The position numbers were made by a program, and so were the translations under genes. A stretch of 64,000 nucleotides of DNA from assembly GCA_947462095.1 (NCBI GenBank), contig CANHNQ010000001.1:12929-76928 (forward strand), written 5' to 3'. Under the pieces are notes generated by a model. It saw only the letters and a list, made by a program, of their open reading frames with translations. It had not been told where the DNA came from and made no database searches. Below are positions 39,859-48,410 of the stretch, piece by piece; within the stretch, counting starts at the first letter, position 1, and the number at the start of each line of letters is the position of its first letter. Source of the stretch: Gemmatimonadota bacterium. GTDB taxonomy: Bacteria; Gemmatimonadota; Gemmatimonadetes; Gemmatimonadales; Gemmatimonadaceae.

Positions 39859-40808
39859 AACGCCTGACTTTCCCCGAAGGCAAACGATTTGCGTTCTCGA
39901 TCGTGGACGACACCGATGTGGCCACCGTGGCGAACGTCGGTCCGATCTACGATCTCCTGAAGGCACTCGGCATGCGGACCACCAAGACGGTGTGGCCGTT
40001 CCGGTGGCATGGCGAAGGAAGCAATTTCGAATCCTCGGAAACGCTCGAGGATCCCGCATACCTCGCCTTCGTGCAACGCCTCGCCGCCGATGGGTTCGAG
40101 ATCGCCTCGCACGGCGCCACCATGGAATCGAGTGACCGCGCCACGACCGAGGCGGCGATGGAGCTCCATCGCGACCTGTTCGGCATGGTTCCGCGCCTGT
40201 ACGTGAACCACTCGTTCAACCGCGAAAACGTGTACTGGGGAACGGATCGCATCGACGATCCGGTGCTGAAGCGACTGTATGGGCGTGTGAACGGCAAGCC
40301 GGCAGGATACTACCAAGGCCATGTGCCCGGATCGCCATGGTGGTGGGGCGATCTCTGTCGTTCGCATCACGAGTATGTCCGCAACATGACGTTCAGCTCG
40401 CTGAACGTCCTTCGGGCCAATCCGTCGATGCCGTATGTCGATCCCTCGCGACCGCTGGTGCGCTCATGGTTTTCGTCGGCCGATGCCGACGACGGTCGGG
40501 AGTTCATCGATCTCGTGACGCCGGAGCGCGTGGATCAGCTGGAGGCCGAAGGGGGCGTCTGCATCATCTCCACGCACCTCGGCAAGCGCTATGTCGAGAA
40601 CGGCCGGGTACATCCTCAGGTCGAACGGGCGCTCCGGGACATTGCGCGGCGCCCGGGATGGTTCATACCGGTGTCGCCGCTGCTCGACTGGCTCCGGTCG
40701 CAGCAACCGGCAGGGACGGCGGGCGTCCTGCCGTCGGGGGAGTGGCGACGCATGCAATGGCGCTGGGCCATCGACCTCGTGCGACGCCGCCTGCAGCGAC
40801 GCCGATAG
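39855..40808 (+). CDS. NodB/polysaccharide deacetylase-like protein, coupled to fkbH
   Basis: FAFSIVDDTD, FEIASHG, VNHS, STHLG; GTGA overlap with the fkbH stop. Confidence 0.7.
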   Translation: MKRLTFPEGKRFAFSIVDDTDVATVANVGPIYDLLKALGMRTTKTVWPFRWHGEGSNFESSETLEDPAYLAFVQRLAADGFEIASHGATMESSDRATTEAAMELHRDLFGMVPRLYVNHSFNRENVYWGTDRIDDPVLKRLYGRVNGKPAGYYQGHVPGSPWWWGDLCRSHHEYVRNMTFSSLNVLRANPSMPYVDPSRPLVRSWFSSADADDGREFIDLVTPERVDQLEAEGGVCIISTHLGKRYVENGRVHPQVERALRDIARRPGWFIPVSPLLDWLRSQQPAGTAGVLPSGEWRRMQWRWAIDLVRRRLQRRR

Positions 40809-40811
40809 TCG

Positions 40812-41696
40812 TTACGGCCGACTGCCCAACTGCCCTCGTAGCCGCAACTGAAATCCATGCCGACTGATGCCGGCCGGCACGTTCCATCGCGGAATCTGTA
40901 ACCGCTCCGATGGCATGGCGGTGGGCAACCAGCCGCCGGTCACACGGAGCGCGTACTGGATCGTGGTTGTCCAGCGCGCGGCGTCCCCAAGCGAACCGGC
41001 AAGTCCGAAGGGATACGCCAGCACCGGTACGTACTGCGAGGGAAATCGCTGACGCAGCCAGCGATCGGCTTCCTCGATGTCATCGCTTGCCGCATCCGCA
41101 GGAAGCGCCCCGAGATTAGGATGTCGCATCGTGTGATTGCCGATCGTCACGAGCGTGGCGCTGGTGACCGCACGAAGCTGGGCATACTGGGCAATGCGCA
41201 ACTCGTCGCACGACGAGAGCGTCAGGTCTCCTTGAGCATGAGCCGGGACGCCGCCCTGCTGCCAGAGAAAACGTTCCCGATCGGTGTCGGACCACGCGCC
41301 CATGTCAGCCGCCGAATCCCAGTGTGGTACCGTCCCGAGAAGGGCCGGTGCCACGAAGATGGTGCATGGTGCCTGTGCCGCCGTACACGCTGGAACGGCG
41401 AGCGTCAGCGCCGATGCGTACGCATCGTCGAAGGTGATGGCCACTCGCCGTTCGCGGGGCGCATCGGTCGTCAGCAACTCCATCAGCGAAACGATCTCGG
41501 CTTCGTTGCGGATCATGCGCAGCTGCGCCTCGAACTTGTCCACCGGCAGGTGTAACGACCGATCGCCACGCGGTGCCCAATCCGAGGGTACCACATTGTG
41601 GTACGCGAGGATGAGCCGATCGCCCGGACGCGTGCGACGGGGCAGGGCGCACATCACGCGCTCGACCGCCCCACGCACCCATGAACGAAGCGCCAC
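40812..41696 (-). CDS. Polysaccharide deacetylase (IcaB-like)
   Basis: LAYHNV, ITFDDAY, GNHTMRHP, LAYPFG. Confidence 0.9.
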   Translation of the reverse strand: MALRSWVRGAVERVMCALPRRTRPGDRLILAYHNVVPSDWAPRGDRSLHLPVDKFEAQLRMIRNEAEIVSLMELLTTDAPRERRVAITFDDAYASALTLAVPACTAAQAPCTIFVAPALLGTVPHWDSAADMGAWSDTDRERFLWQQGGVPAHAQGDLTLSSCDELRIAQYAQLRAVTSATLVTIGNHTMRHPNLGALPADAASDDIEEADRWLRQRFPSQYVPVLAYPFGLAGSLGDAARWTTTIQYALRVTGGWLPTAMPSERLQIPRWNVPAGISRHGFQLRLRGQLGSRP

Positions 41697-41714
41697 GTCA
41701 GTGCGTCCGTGCGG

Positions 41715-42740
41715 TCAAGGAATTCCTGCGATCAGCCGTGCGCCGAGGGGGCCGGTCACCGCGATCGGAAGCTGCTGCCATACCTTCACCGCCAAGGCGA
41801 ATGCGCCTTGGTCGGGGTTCGGCGGGGCGCTCTCTTCGCCAGACTTGCTGTACTGATACCAGGCCAACGGTTCGTCACGCGAGCCCCACTGCCGCTTGAA
41901 TTTGTGCGTCCCCGATTCTGGCGTGCATCGACCAAAGTTGAATACGGCGAACTGGCGTTCACACGCCCGACGAATGAACGCGCCATACAACGCCATGTTC
42001 GGGGCCATCTTGGAGTATCGGCGCAGCGCCGACGCCCACGAAATCTCCACCTCGTTGCCGTTTTCGATCGCGAACCCACCAGCGATGGGAACGTCACCCA
42101 GATAAGCGACGCCGATCCAGGCGCGGTCGCCCAGCGCATCCGCGAGTCGTTCAAAAAACGCCTGACCGTGCGCCGGCGAACCGAGATCTCGCATGTGCTC
42201 GGCGAATACACGGTGAAACGCATTCGCCTGATCACGGCCGAAGCGTACCGTCACGCCGTCGCGCTCAGCGCGCCGAATCTGACTGCGCAGCTTGCTGTCG
42301 AAACCTTTGAACGTGGCATCGTAGTCACCCGCAACCAGATCGCATACGACCGTGATCTTCCGCGACACCAACGTCAGGTCGGTGTCGATGGGCCGCCGCG
42401 AACGGAGCTCCACCAACTTCGCACCGTTCGCGATGCTGGCCGCGTGGCCGCTCAACGCACGTTGCGCCGCCGGATCACCCAGCGGCCCGCCGTAACTCAC
42501 GAAGGGCGACGAGATCAGATAGTGACCGAACACCAGCGACCGCACGCGAACCAGCGGCAGCACACCGACCAGCGCATCGCCCTGATACGCCGCCAGATAC
42601 GGTGTTTCGTGCCCGTAGCTCCCCCGGTAGACCTCTCGCCATTCCCACCGGTGAAAGGTGCTGCCATCCGGAGCGCCTTCCACGAAGCGGTTCCACTCGT
42701 CGCCGTCAGTGGCCGGCACGATGCGCAGAGTGTTCGTCAT
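41715..42740 (-). CDS. FemAB-like GNAT protein, XrtA/PEP-CTERM system-associated
   Basis: GVLPL...LISSPFVSYGG, KLRSQIRRA, MRDLGSP, FNFGRC...KFKRQWG; ATGA overlap. Confidence 0.9.
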   Translation of the reverse strand: MTNTLRIVPATDGDEWNRFVEGAPDGSTFHRWEWREVYRGSYGHETPYLAAYQGDALVGVLPLVRVRSLVFGHYLISSPFVSYGGPLGDPAAQRALSGHAASIANGAKLVELRSRRPIDTDLTLVSRKITVVCDLVAGDYDATFKGFDSKLRSQIRRAERDGVTVRFGRDQANAFHRVFAEHMRDLGSPAHGQAFFERLADALGDRAWIGVAYLGDVPIAGGFAIENGNEVEISWASALRRYSKMAPNMALYGAFIRRACERQFAVFNFGRCTPESGTHKFKRQWGSRDEPLAWYQYSKSGEESAPPNPDQGAFALAVKVWQQLPIAVTGPLGARLIAGIP

Positions 42741-43639
42741 ACGGGCAAGGACGACATCGATGGCGAATGGTTCTGAAACGAGGTGAAGCGCCACGTGCGC
42801 AAGAGTGTGCGCAGTCGCGACTCCGCGGCACTCAGGCCACGGTAGTGACGAATCGTCGTGATCGTGCCGACCGCCAAACGCGGCTGGCCCGGGTCAATCT
42901 CCCACGGATGGATGTAGAACACCGCCGGACGTCCCGTGCGAAGCACGGCGCCGAGTCCCTGCCGGATGACCCACAACGGCAGCTGACGGAACCACCCGCC
43001 ACCGGCCACGGGCACGCGCGCGCCAAGCACTTCCCACACGGCCGGCGGATATTCGGCCAGCGGCCCTGATGCCGTGTCGAGCATGTGCGGATCGCAACGG
43101 CCACTGGCCGTGCCATAACCGCGACGCGCAATGGGGAAGCGACTTGAGTCGTAGCGGTAGCCTTCCTCCACCAAGACGCGAGCGGCCCACATCACGTCGT
43201 CGGTGAGGGAGAACGATGGCGCCCGATAGCCGGATACGGCCACGCCGGCGGCATCTTCGAGTACGGCTTTCGCCGAGCGTACGTCCTCGCGGAACGCCGC
43301 TTCGGTCATCGTAGGAATGCGCTGATGCCAGAAACCGTGCGACGCGACTTCGTGCCCGGCATCCGAAATCCGGCGAATCAAGTGCGGAAAGCGTTGAGCG
43401 ACCCAGCCAAGCGTAAAGAAGGTGCCGGTTGCTCCCGACTCATGTAGCAGCGCAAGAATACGGTCGGTGTTGCGCTCCACACGCGACTCGCGGTCATTCC
43501 ACGAGTCGCGGGACACGGTGGCGTCGAACGCGCTGACCTGAAACCAGTCTTCCACATCGACCGTGAAGACGGGTTGCGCCTGACCGGCCCCGGGCGGGTT
43601 CGCCGACCCGACATGCACACCGGGGCCAGTCTGCGTCAC
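42737..43639 (-). CDS. XrtA-system polysaccharide deacetylase
   Basis: FTVDVEDWFQV, TFFTLGW, HEVASHG, GYRAPSFS, YDSS, FYIHPWEIDPGQP; GTG 43639 overlaps the citrate synthase TGA. Confidence 0.92.
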   Translation of the reverse strand: MTQTGPGVHVGSANPPGAGQAQPVFTVDVEDWFQVSAFDATVSRDSWNDRESRVERNTDRILALLHESGATGTFFTLGWVAQRFPHLIRRISDAGHEVASHGFWHQRIPTMTEAAFREDVRSAKAVLEDAAGVAVSGYRAPSFSLTDDVMWAARVLVEEGYRYDSSRFPIARRGYGTASGRCDPHMLDTASGPLAEYPPAVWEVLGARVPVAGGGWFRQLPLWVIRQGLGAVLRTGRPAVFYIHPWEIDPGQPRLAVGTITTIRHYRGLSAAESRLRTLLRTWRFTSFQNHSPSMSSLPV

Positions 43640-45015
43640 TTTCGGATGCTGTCCTTGCGCGCGCGCGGGAACTTGTCGCTGAGCTGGTCCGTGTACTGAC
43701 GCTCGCCTTCGCCCACATAGATCTGCCGCGGGCGCGCGATCTTCTGCTCCTTGTCGAGAATCATCTCTTCCCACTGCGCCATCCACCCGGACACACGGGC
43801 CACCGCGAAGAGCACCGTGAAGAAGTCCGTCGGGAACGCCATCGTGCGATAGATCAGCCCCGTATAGAAGTCGACGTTCGGGTACAGCTTCCGGGCAATG
43901 AAGTAGTCGTCGCTTAGCGCGATGCGCTCGAGCTCGAGCGCGATCTCCAGGTCCTTGTCCATGCCGACCTGGGCGAACACTTCGTCGGCCAGCTTCTTCA
44001 CGATGCGCGCACGCGGATCGTAGCTCTTGTAGACGCGGTGGCCGAAGCCCATGAGGCGATGCTCGCCCTTGCCGCTCTTCACTGACTCGATGAACGCGGG
44101 GATGTTCTTCTTGTCGCCGATGTCGCTGATCATGCGCAACACCGCTTCGTTGGCACCGCCGTGCAACGGGCCAAAGAGCGCCGCGATGCCGCCCGCGACG
44201 GCCGAGAACGGATCCACGCCGCTTGAGCCGATCGCCCGCACCGCACTGGTGCTGCAGTTCTGTTCGTGGTCGGCATGAAGAATAAACAGCACTTCGAGCG
44301 CCTTCACGAATACCGGATTCGCTTCGTACTTGGGCTCCGACATCCGGGCGATCATCGACAGGAAGTTCTCGGTGTAGCCGAGATCGTTGTCGGGATAGAT
44401 GAACGGCAAGCCCTTCACATGGCGATACGCGAACGCAGCGATCGTCGGCAGCTTCGCCATCAGGCGGATCATCGAGATATAGCGCTGCTGCGGATCGTGA
44501 ATGTCGCGCGCCTGCGGATAGAAGCTCGACAGGGCGGCCGTGGCGCTGCACATCATCGACATCGGATGCGCGTCGTACCGGAACCCTTCGAGGAACTTCC
44601 GGATATTCTCGTGCACGTAGGTGTGGAACGTGATGTCGTGCACCCACGTGTCGTACTGCCCCTGGTTCGGCAGTTCGCCGTGACGCAGCAGGTACGCCAC
44701 TTCAAGGAACGTCGCGTTCTCCGCGAGCTGCTCGATCGGATAGCCGCGATAGCGCAGAATGCCTTTATCGCCGTCGATGAACGTGATCGCACTCCGGCAC
44801 GAGGCGGTATTCATGAACGCCGGATCGTAGCTCAGCATGCCGAACTCGCCCGACTCTCGCTTGATCGCGCGCAGGTCCATGGCACGAACGTACGTGTCTC
44901 CCTCGGGCCCTTCGGTGCGGACGGTCGTGCTGTAGCTGCTTCCGGTCCGGCTGTCGCGGATCTCGAGGGCGTCGGTGGCGGCCGGGGTGGGGGTGGTGGT
45001 GCTGGACTGACTCAT
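43636..45015 (-). CDS. gltA: Citrate synthase (type II-like)
   Basis: YRGYPIEQL, HADHEQNCST, GPLHGGANE, GFGHRVYK..DPRA, YPNVDFY, IARPRQIY. Confidence 0.96.
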   Translation of the reverse strand: MSQSSTTTPTPAATDALEIRDSRTGSSYSTTVRTEGPEGDTYVRAMDLRAIKRESGEFGMLSYDPAFMNTASCRSAITFIDGDKGILRYRGYPIEQLAENATFLEVAYLLRHGELPNQGQYDTWVHDITFHTYVHENIRKFLEGFRYDAHPMSMMCSATAALSSFYPQARDIHDPQQRYISMIRLMAKLPTIAAFAYRHVKGLPFIYPDNDLGYTENFLSMIARMSEPKYEANPVFVKALEVLFILHADHEQNCSTSAVRAIGSSGVDPFSAVAGGIAALFGPLHGGANEAVLRMISDIGDKKNIPAFIESVKSGKGEHRLMGFGHRVYKSYDPRARIVKKLADEVFAQVGMDKDLEIALELERIALSDDYFIARKLYPNVDFYTGLIYRTMAFPTDFFTVLFAVARVSGWMAQWEEMILDKEQKIARPRQIYVGEGERQYTDQLSDKFPRARKDSIRK

Positions 45016-45072
45016 CGCAAACGGCTCCTTAGGGTGACGACCATCGGGGATCCCAGAAAGATATGCAGAGGT

Positions 45073-46179
45073 TCAGCGCCTTGGGGCCGAGGACAACCGC
45101 CCGTCCCGACACAGCTGGGGGGCGAGCTTCCCGGCCACCTCTGCCGCCACCAGCACTGCCCCAGCGTCGTTGTAATGGGTAAAGTCGGCGAAGGCTGGGA
45201 CCGCCGACGATCGCAGGGCCATCAACGGATCGACCACCAATGCGCCGGAATCGGCACCGACCTTGAGGGTGCGTTCGGCGGCAAGGTCGTCGAATGTCCG
45301 GATCGCGGCACCGGTGTACAACGGGTAGAACCGCTCCCACGCGCGAAGGAACCGCTGGCTCTCCGCCGAGGTGACCTCCGCAAATCGATTCCGGTGGATC
45401 ACGAGCACGGGTTCAATCCCGGCCCGTTTGACATCCCCCACGAGTGCCCGGAGATCCTTCTCAAACGCATCGAGTCGGTCGATCGGCACGGCGCTGCGGG
45501 CTTCCACCTTCGCCTGAGCCCTGGTGCGCTTCGTGTCGAGCACGCGGACCAGATCCAGCACGGGGACGGGAACCGCGCGCTTGATGGCATCACGGAACCG
45601 AGGCCGGGCACGCGAACGCCACGGGGACGGGGGGCTCACGACGGCGAACGTCGGCGTTGCCGCCGTCGGAAGGTCAGCGCCGAGATACTGCATCGGCGTC
45701 GGATAGTAGAGCACCGCGCGTGGATGCCGCGGAAGAATCCGTTGTGTGATGTCCTGCCGGACCGTCGGCAGCGACATCCCGGCGAATGCGGCATTGAGGA
45801 CCACGATTGGCTGTCGGCACTCCGTTCCCAGACGGCGCTCAAGCTGACGGGGCCATTCCCCGCCGGCACGCTCGTACAGACCGAATGTCTCCGACGCGCC
45901 CGTCGTCACGAGGACGATGGCATCGGGTGGCAGCGGCTGCAGCACTTCCGGCCCCCGAAAACCCCACGAATTGATGCGAAACTGCCGGAACTGCGTGCCC
46001 GCCCGGGCGTGCATGCCCAGCGAGTCCCGTACGCTCAGTTCGTCGAGCGAGGTTTCCGGCGCACCGAATGGCACGCCGAACTGCGCCCAGTCATCGAGGC
46101 GAACGGTCAGCTCAAGCGAGGCCGTACCGACGAGTCCAAGGACCATCGCCCAGCCGATACGGGAAAGGCGCGTGGCCAT
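45073..46179 (-). CDS. SGNH/GDSL-fold protein with N-terminal anchor (AlgJ/DltD-like partner of the MBOAT)
   Basis: INSWGFRG, GASETFG (block I Ser), NAAFAG (block II), DFTH (DxxH); TGATG overlap with the MBOAT. Confidence 0.8.
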   Translation of the reverse strand: MATRLSRIGWAMVLGLVGTASLELTVRLDDWAQFGVPFGAPETSLDELSVRDSLGMHARAGTQFRQFRINSWGFRGPEVLQPLPPDAIVLVTTGASETFGLYERAGGEWPRQLERRLGTECRQPIVVLNAAFAGMSLPTVRQDITQRILPRHPRAVLYYPTPMQYLGADLPTAATPTFAVVSPPSPWRSRARPRFRDAIKRAVPVPVLDLVRVLDTKRTRAQAKVEARSAVPIDRLDAFEKDLRALVGDVKRAGIEPVLVIHRNRFAEVTSAESQRFLRAWERFYPLYTGAAIRTFDDLAAERTLKVGADSGALVVDPLMALRSSAVPAFADFTHYNDAGAVLVAAEVAGKLAPQLCRDGRLSSAPRR

Positions 46180-47576
46180 CAGAATTGGAAGTACAGGAAG
46201 GGCGACGGACGTGCCGTGACGATCAGTGCGAGCGCGGCGCCGCACACGGCCGCAAACGAGATCCGACGGGCCGGCGTCCACTCGTGCCGCATCGCAAACG
46301 CATTCGGACCGCGAAGGCTCCACCAGGCGGCGATGGACATGACGGCGAGCACGAGGGGGAGCGCGATCTCAGACTCGATGCTTCCGGCCGTTGGTACGAA
46401 CATCCGGCGAATCACGCCAGTGGCCTGAGAGAAGCTGGTGGCGCGGAAGAAGATCCACCCGACGACCGATGCACTGAACATCAGGGCACGCTGTATCGCG
46501 ATCGGCATGGCGTCCCACGTCTGGCGATAGACCCGGTAGGCGCACAGCAGCACGCCGTGGTAGAACCCCCAGAAAACGAACGTCCACGACGCGCCGTGCC
46601 ACAGCCCACCAAAGAGCATGGTGTACATCAGGTTGCGGTACGTGAGGAACGTACCGTTCCGGTTCCCGCCCAGTGGGATGTATAGGTAGTCCCGCAGGCA
46701 GCTCGAGAGCGAGATGTGCCACCGCTCCCAGAAATCGGAGGGATTCAGCGCCTGGTACGGCGAATTGAAATTTTGCGGAATGCGGATGCCGAACAGCAGT
46801 CCGATGCCGACCGCCATGGTGCTGTAGCCGGAGAAATCGAAGAGCAGCTGAAACGTGTATCCCAGCACGGCAAGCCAGGCACCGCCGGTCGACAGCTGCT
46901 CCCAGTTCGCGAACGACGGGTCGACGAGCGCGGCGAGGGTGTCGGCGATCAGCACCTTCTCGATCAGGCCAATGCAGAAGAACGAAAGCCCACGCCCGAT
47001 CCATTGAGTCCGGCTGCTGGTGCCGATCTTCTCGAGGTCCTCTTCAATCTGACGGAATCGCACGATCGGACCCGCCACCAGCTGGGAGAAGAGCGACACA
47101 TACGTCGCAAATTCCCAGAGGTTCCGGGTCGGCGTGATCGTCCCGCGATACGCATCGACGATGTAGCTGATCGTGTGAAATGTGTAGAACGAAATGCCGA
47201 TCGGCAGAATGATGTCGAGGTGCGGCACGGCGATGTCTGCGCCAGCAAAGCCGCTCACCGATCGGATCGTATCCAGCGCAAAGTTGGTGTACTTGAAGAA
47301 TCCGAGCAGGAGCAGATCGACCGCAATCGGGATGATCAGGAACCATTTTCGTTCACGAGATCCGACAGCGGTCCGCAGCATGCCGAGGCCCGCACCGAAA
47401 CTCACCAGCGTGGAAAACGCCATGAGCAGAACGAACCGGGGATCCCACCAGCCGTAAAACACATAACCGGAGATCGTCAGCCACACGTATCGCGACTGCG
47501 CGTTCGGCAAGAGCCAGAACACCGCGTACACGATGGGCAGAAAGGCAAAAATGAACTCGATGCTGTTGAAAAGCAT
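46179..47576 (-). CDS. MBOAT O-acyltransferase (AlgI/DltB-like)
   Basis: MLFNS, LPIGISFYTF, DFSGYS, FWERWHISLS, GLWHGA catalytic His, C-terminal FLYFQF. Confidence 0.95.
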   Translation of the reverse strand: MLFNSIEFIFAFLPIVYAVFWLLPNAQSRYVWLTISGYVFYGWWDPRFVLLMAFSTLVSFGAGLGMLRTAVGSRERKWFLIIPIAVDLLLLGFFKYTNFALDTIRSVSGFAGADIAVPHLDIILPIGISFYTFHTISYIVDAYRGTITPTRNLWEFATYVSLFSQLVAGPIVRFRQIEEDLEKIGTSSRTQWIGRGLSFFCIGLIEKVLIADTLAALVDPSFANWEQLSTGGAWLAVLGYTFQLLFDFSGYSTMAVGIGLLFGIRIPQNFNSPYQALNPSDFWERWHISLSSCLRDYLYIPLGGNRNGTFLTYRNLMYTMLFGGLWHGASWTFVFWGFYHGVLLCAYRVYRQTWDAMPIAIQRALMFSASVVGWIFFRATSFSQATGVIRRMFVPTAGSIESEIALPLVLAVMSIAAWWSLRGPNAFAMRHEWTPARRISFAAVCGAALALIVTARPSPFLYFQF

Positions 47577-47582
47577 GTCGCG

Positions 47583-48410
47583 CTAGACGCGTGGGAGCGA
47601 GATCGCAAACGAGAAAGCCGACCCGCACGGAGCGCGCTCCGCGTAGCGCAGCGTGCTCTGCATCTGCCCCAGGAGGTCCCCACACAGGCGGAGCCCCAGA
47701 CCGGCGCTGGTAACGGGGCCGGTCGCGTCGAAGGCGCCGTTCACGAAGCGATCGCGCAGTGGAGCCGGAAGCCCGCTGCCACTGTCGGAGATGGTGAACA
47801 CGACGCTGGACGCCCCGTCGCTGGACGCCGCGATATCGACCACTCCGCTGTCGGTGAACTTGAGCGCGTTGGTCACCAGATTGAGGATCACCCGCTGCAA
47901 CGCGGCGGGATGCCCCAGCCGACGCTCGTCGCGCGGGGCACTGCATCGCAGCGTCAGTCCCTTCTCCTCGGCGATCGGCTGGACCAGCGCGCGAACGCTA
48001 CGTAGGGTCTCGTCGATGGAGAACGCCACCGGCGCGTCACCGACCAGCCGCGTCGTGCCGCGCGATAACTCCAGCGCATCATCGGCAAACGCCGACAGTC
48101 CAAAGGCGGCGCTGTACACAAGTGACAGCTGGCGCTCTTGCTGCGGCGTGACCGGGCCCGAGCGTCCGCTTCGCAGTTGCTCGACCAGGACCAGAATGGA
48201 GCTGAGTGGCGAGCGGATGTCGTGCGTCAGCCCCAAGAGGAGTTCGTGCGCATTGACCGCGGTAACGGAGGCCGTTGCCGCGTCGGGACCGTCGAGGACA
48301 TCGACGGCCGCGACCCGCGCGCCCTCGGCGACGAGCGCGGCGATCGCCTCGTCGCTGACGTCGACGAGGTTAGTCGGCTGTGCCTGAGAGGATGTCGCGC
48401 CGGAAGCCAT
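47583..48410 (-). CDS. Histidine kinase lacking an evident sensor domain
   Basis: H-box THDIRSPL, N-box NLVTNALKFT, DSGSG, GLGL; start uncertain. Confidence 0.85.
   Translation of the reverse strand: MASGATSSQAQPTNLVDVSDEAIAALVAEGARVAAVDVLDGPDAATASVTAVNAHELLLGLTHDIRSPLSSILVLVEQLRSGRSGPVTPQQERQLSLVYSAAFGLSAFADDALELSRGTTRLVGDAPVAFSIDETLRSVRALVQPIAEEKGLTLRCSAPRDERRLGHPAALQRVILNLVTNALKFTDSGVVDIAASSDGASSVVFTISDSGSGLPAPLRDRFVNGAFDATGPVTSAGLGLRLCGDLLGQMQSTLRYAERAPCGSAFSFAISLPRV

Noticed and set aside
42737-44647. 636-aa ORF suggesting a long deacetylase fusion
   Set aside because: The N-terminal ~335 aa is an alternative frame over citrate synthase; the real gene starts at GTG 43639.
44266-46428. 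720-aa plus-strand ORF and the many other long antisense/shadow ORFs (e.g. 1714-3075, 13263-14729, 46716-48005)
   Set aside because: They lie opposite well-supported genes, have no motifs, and are expected in high-GC DNA.
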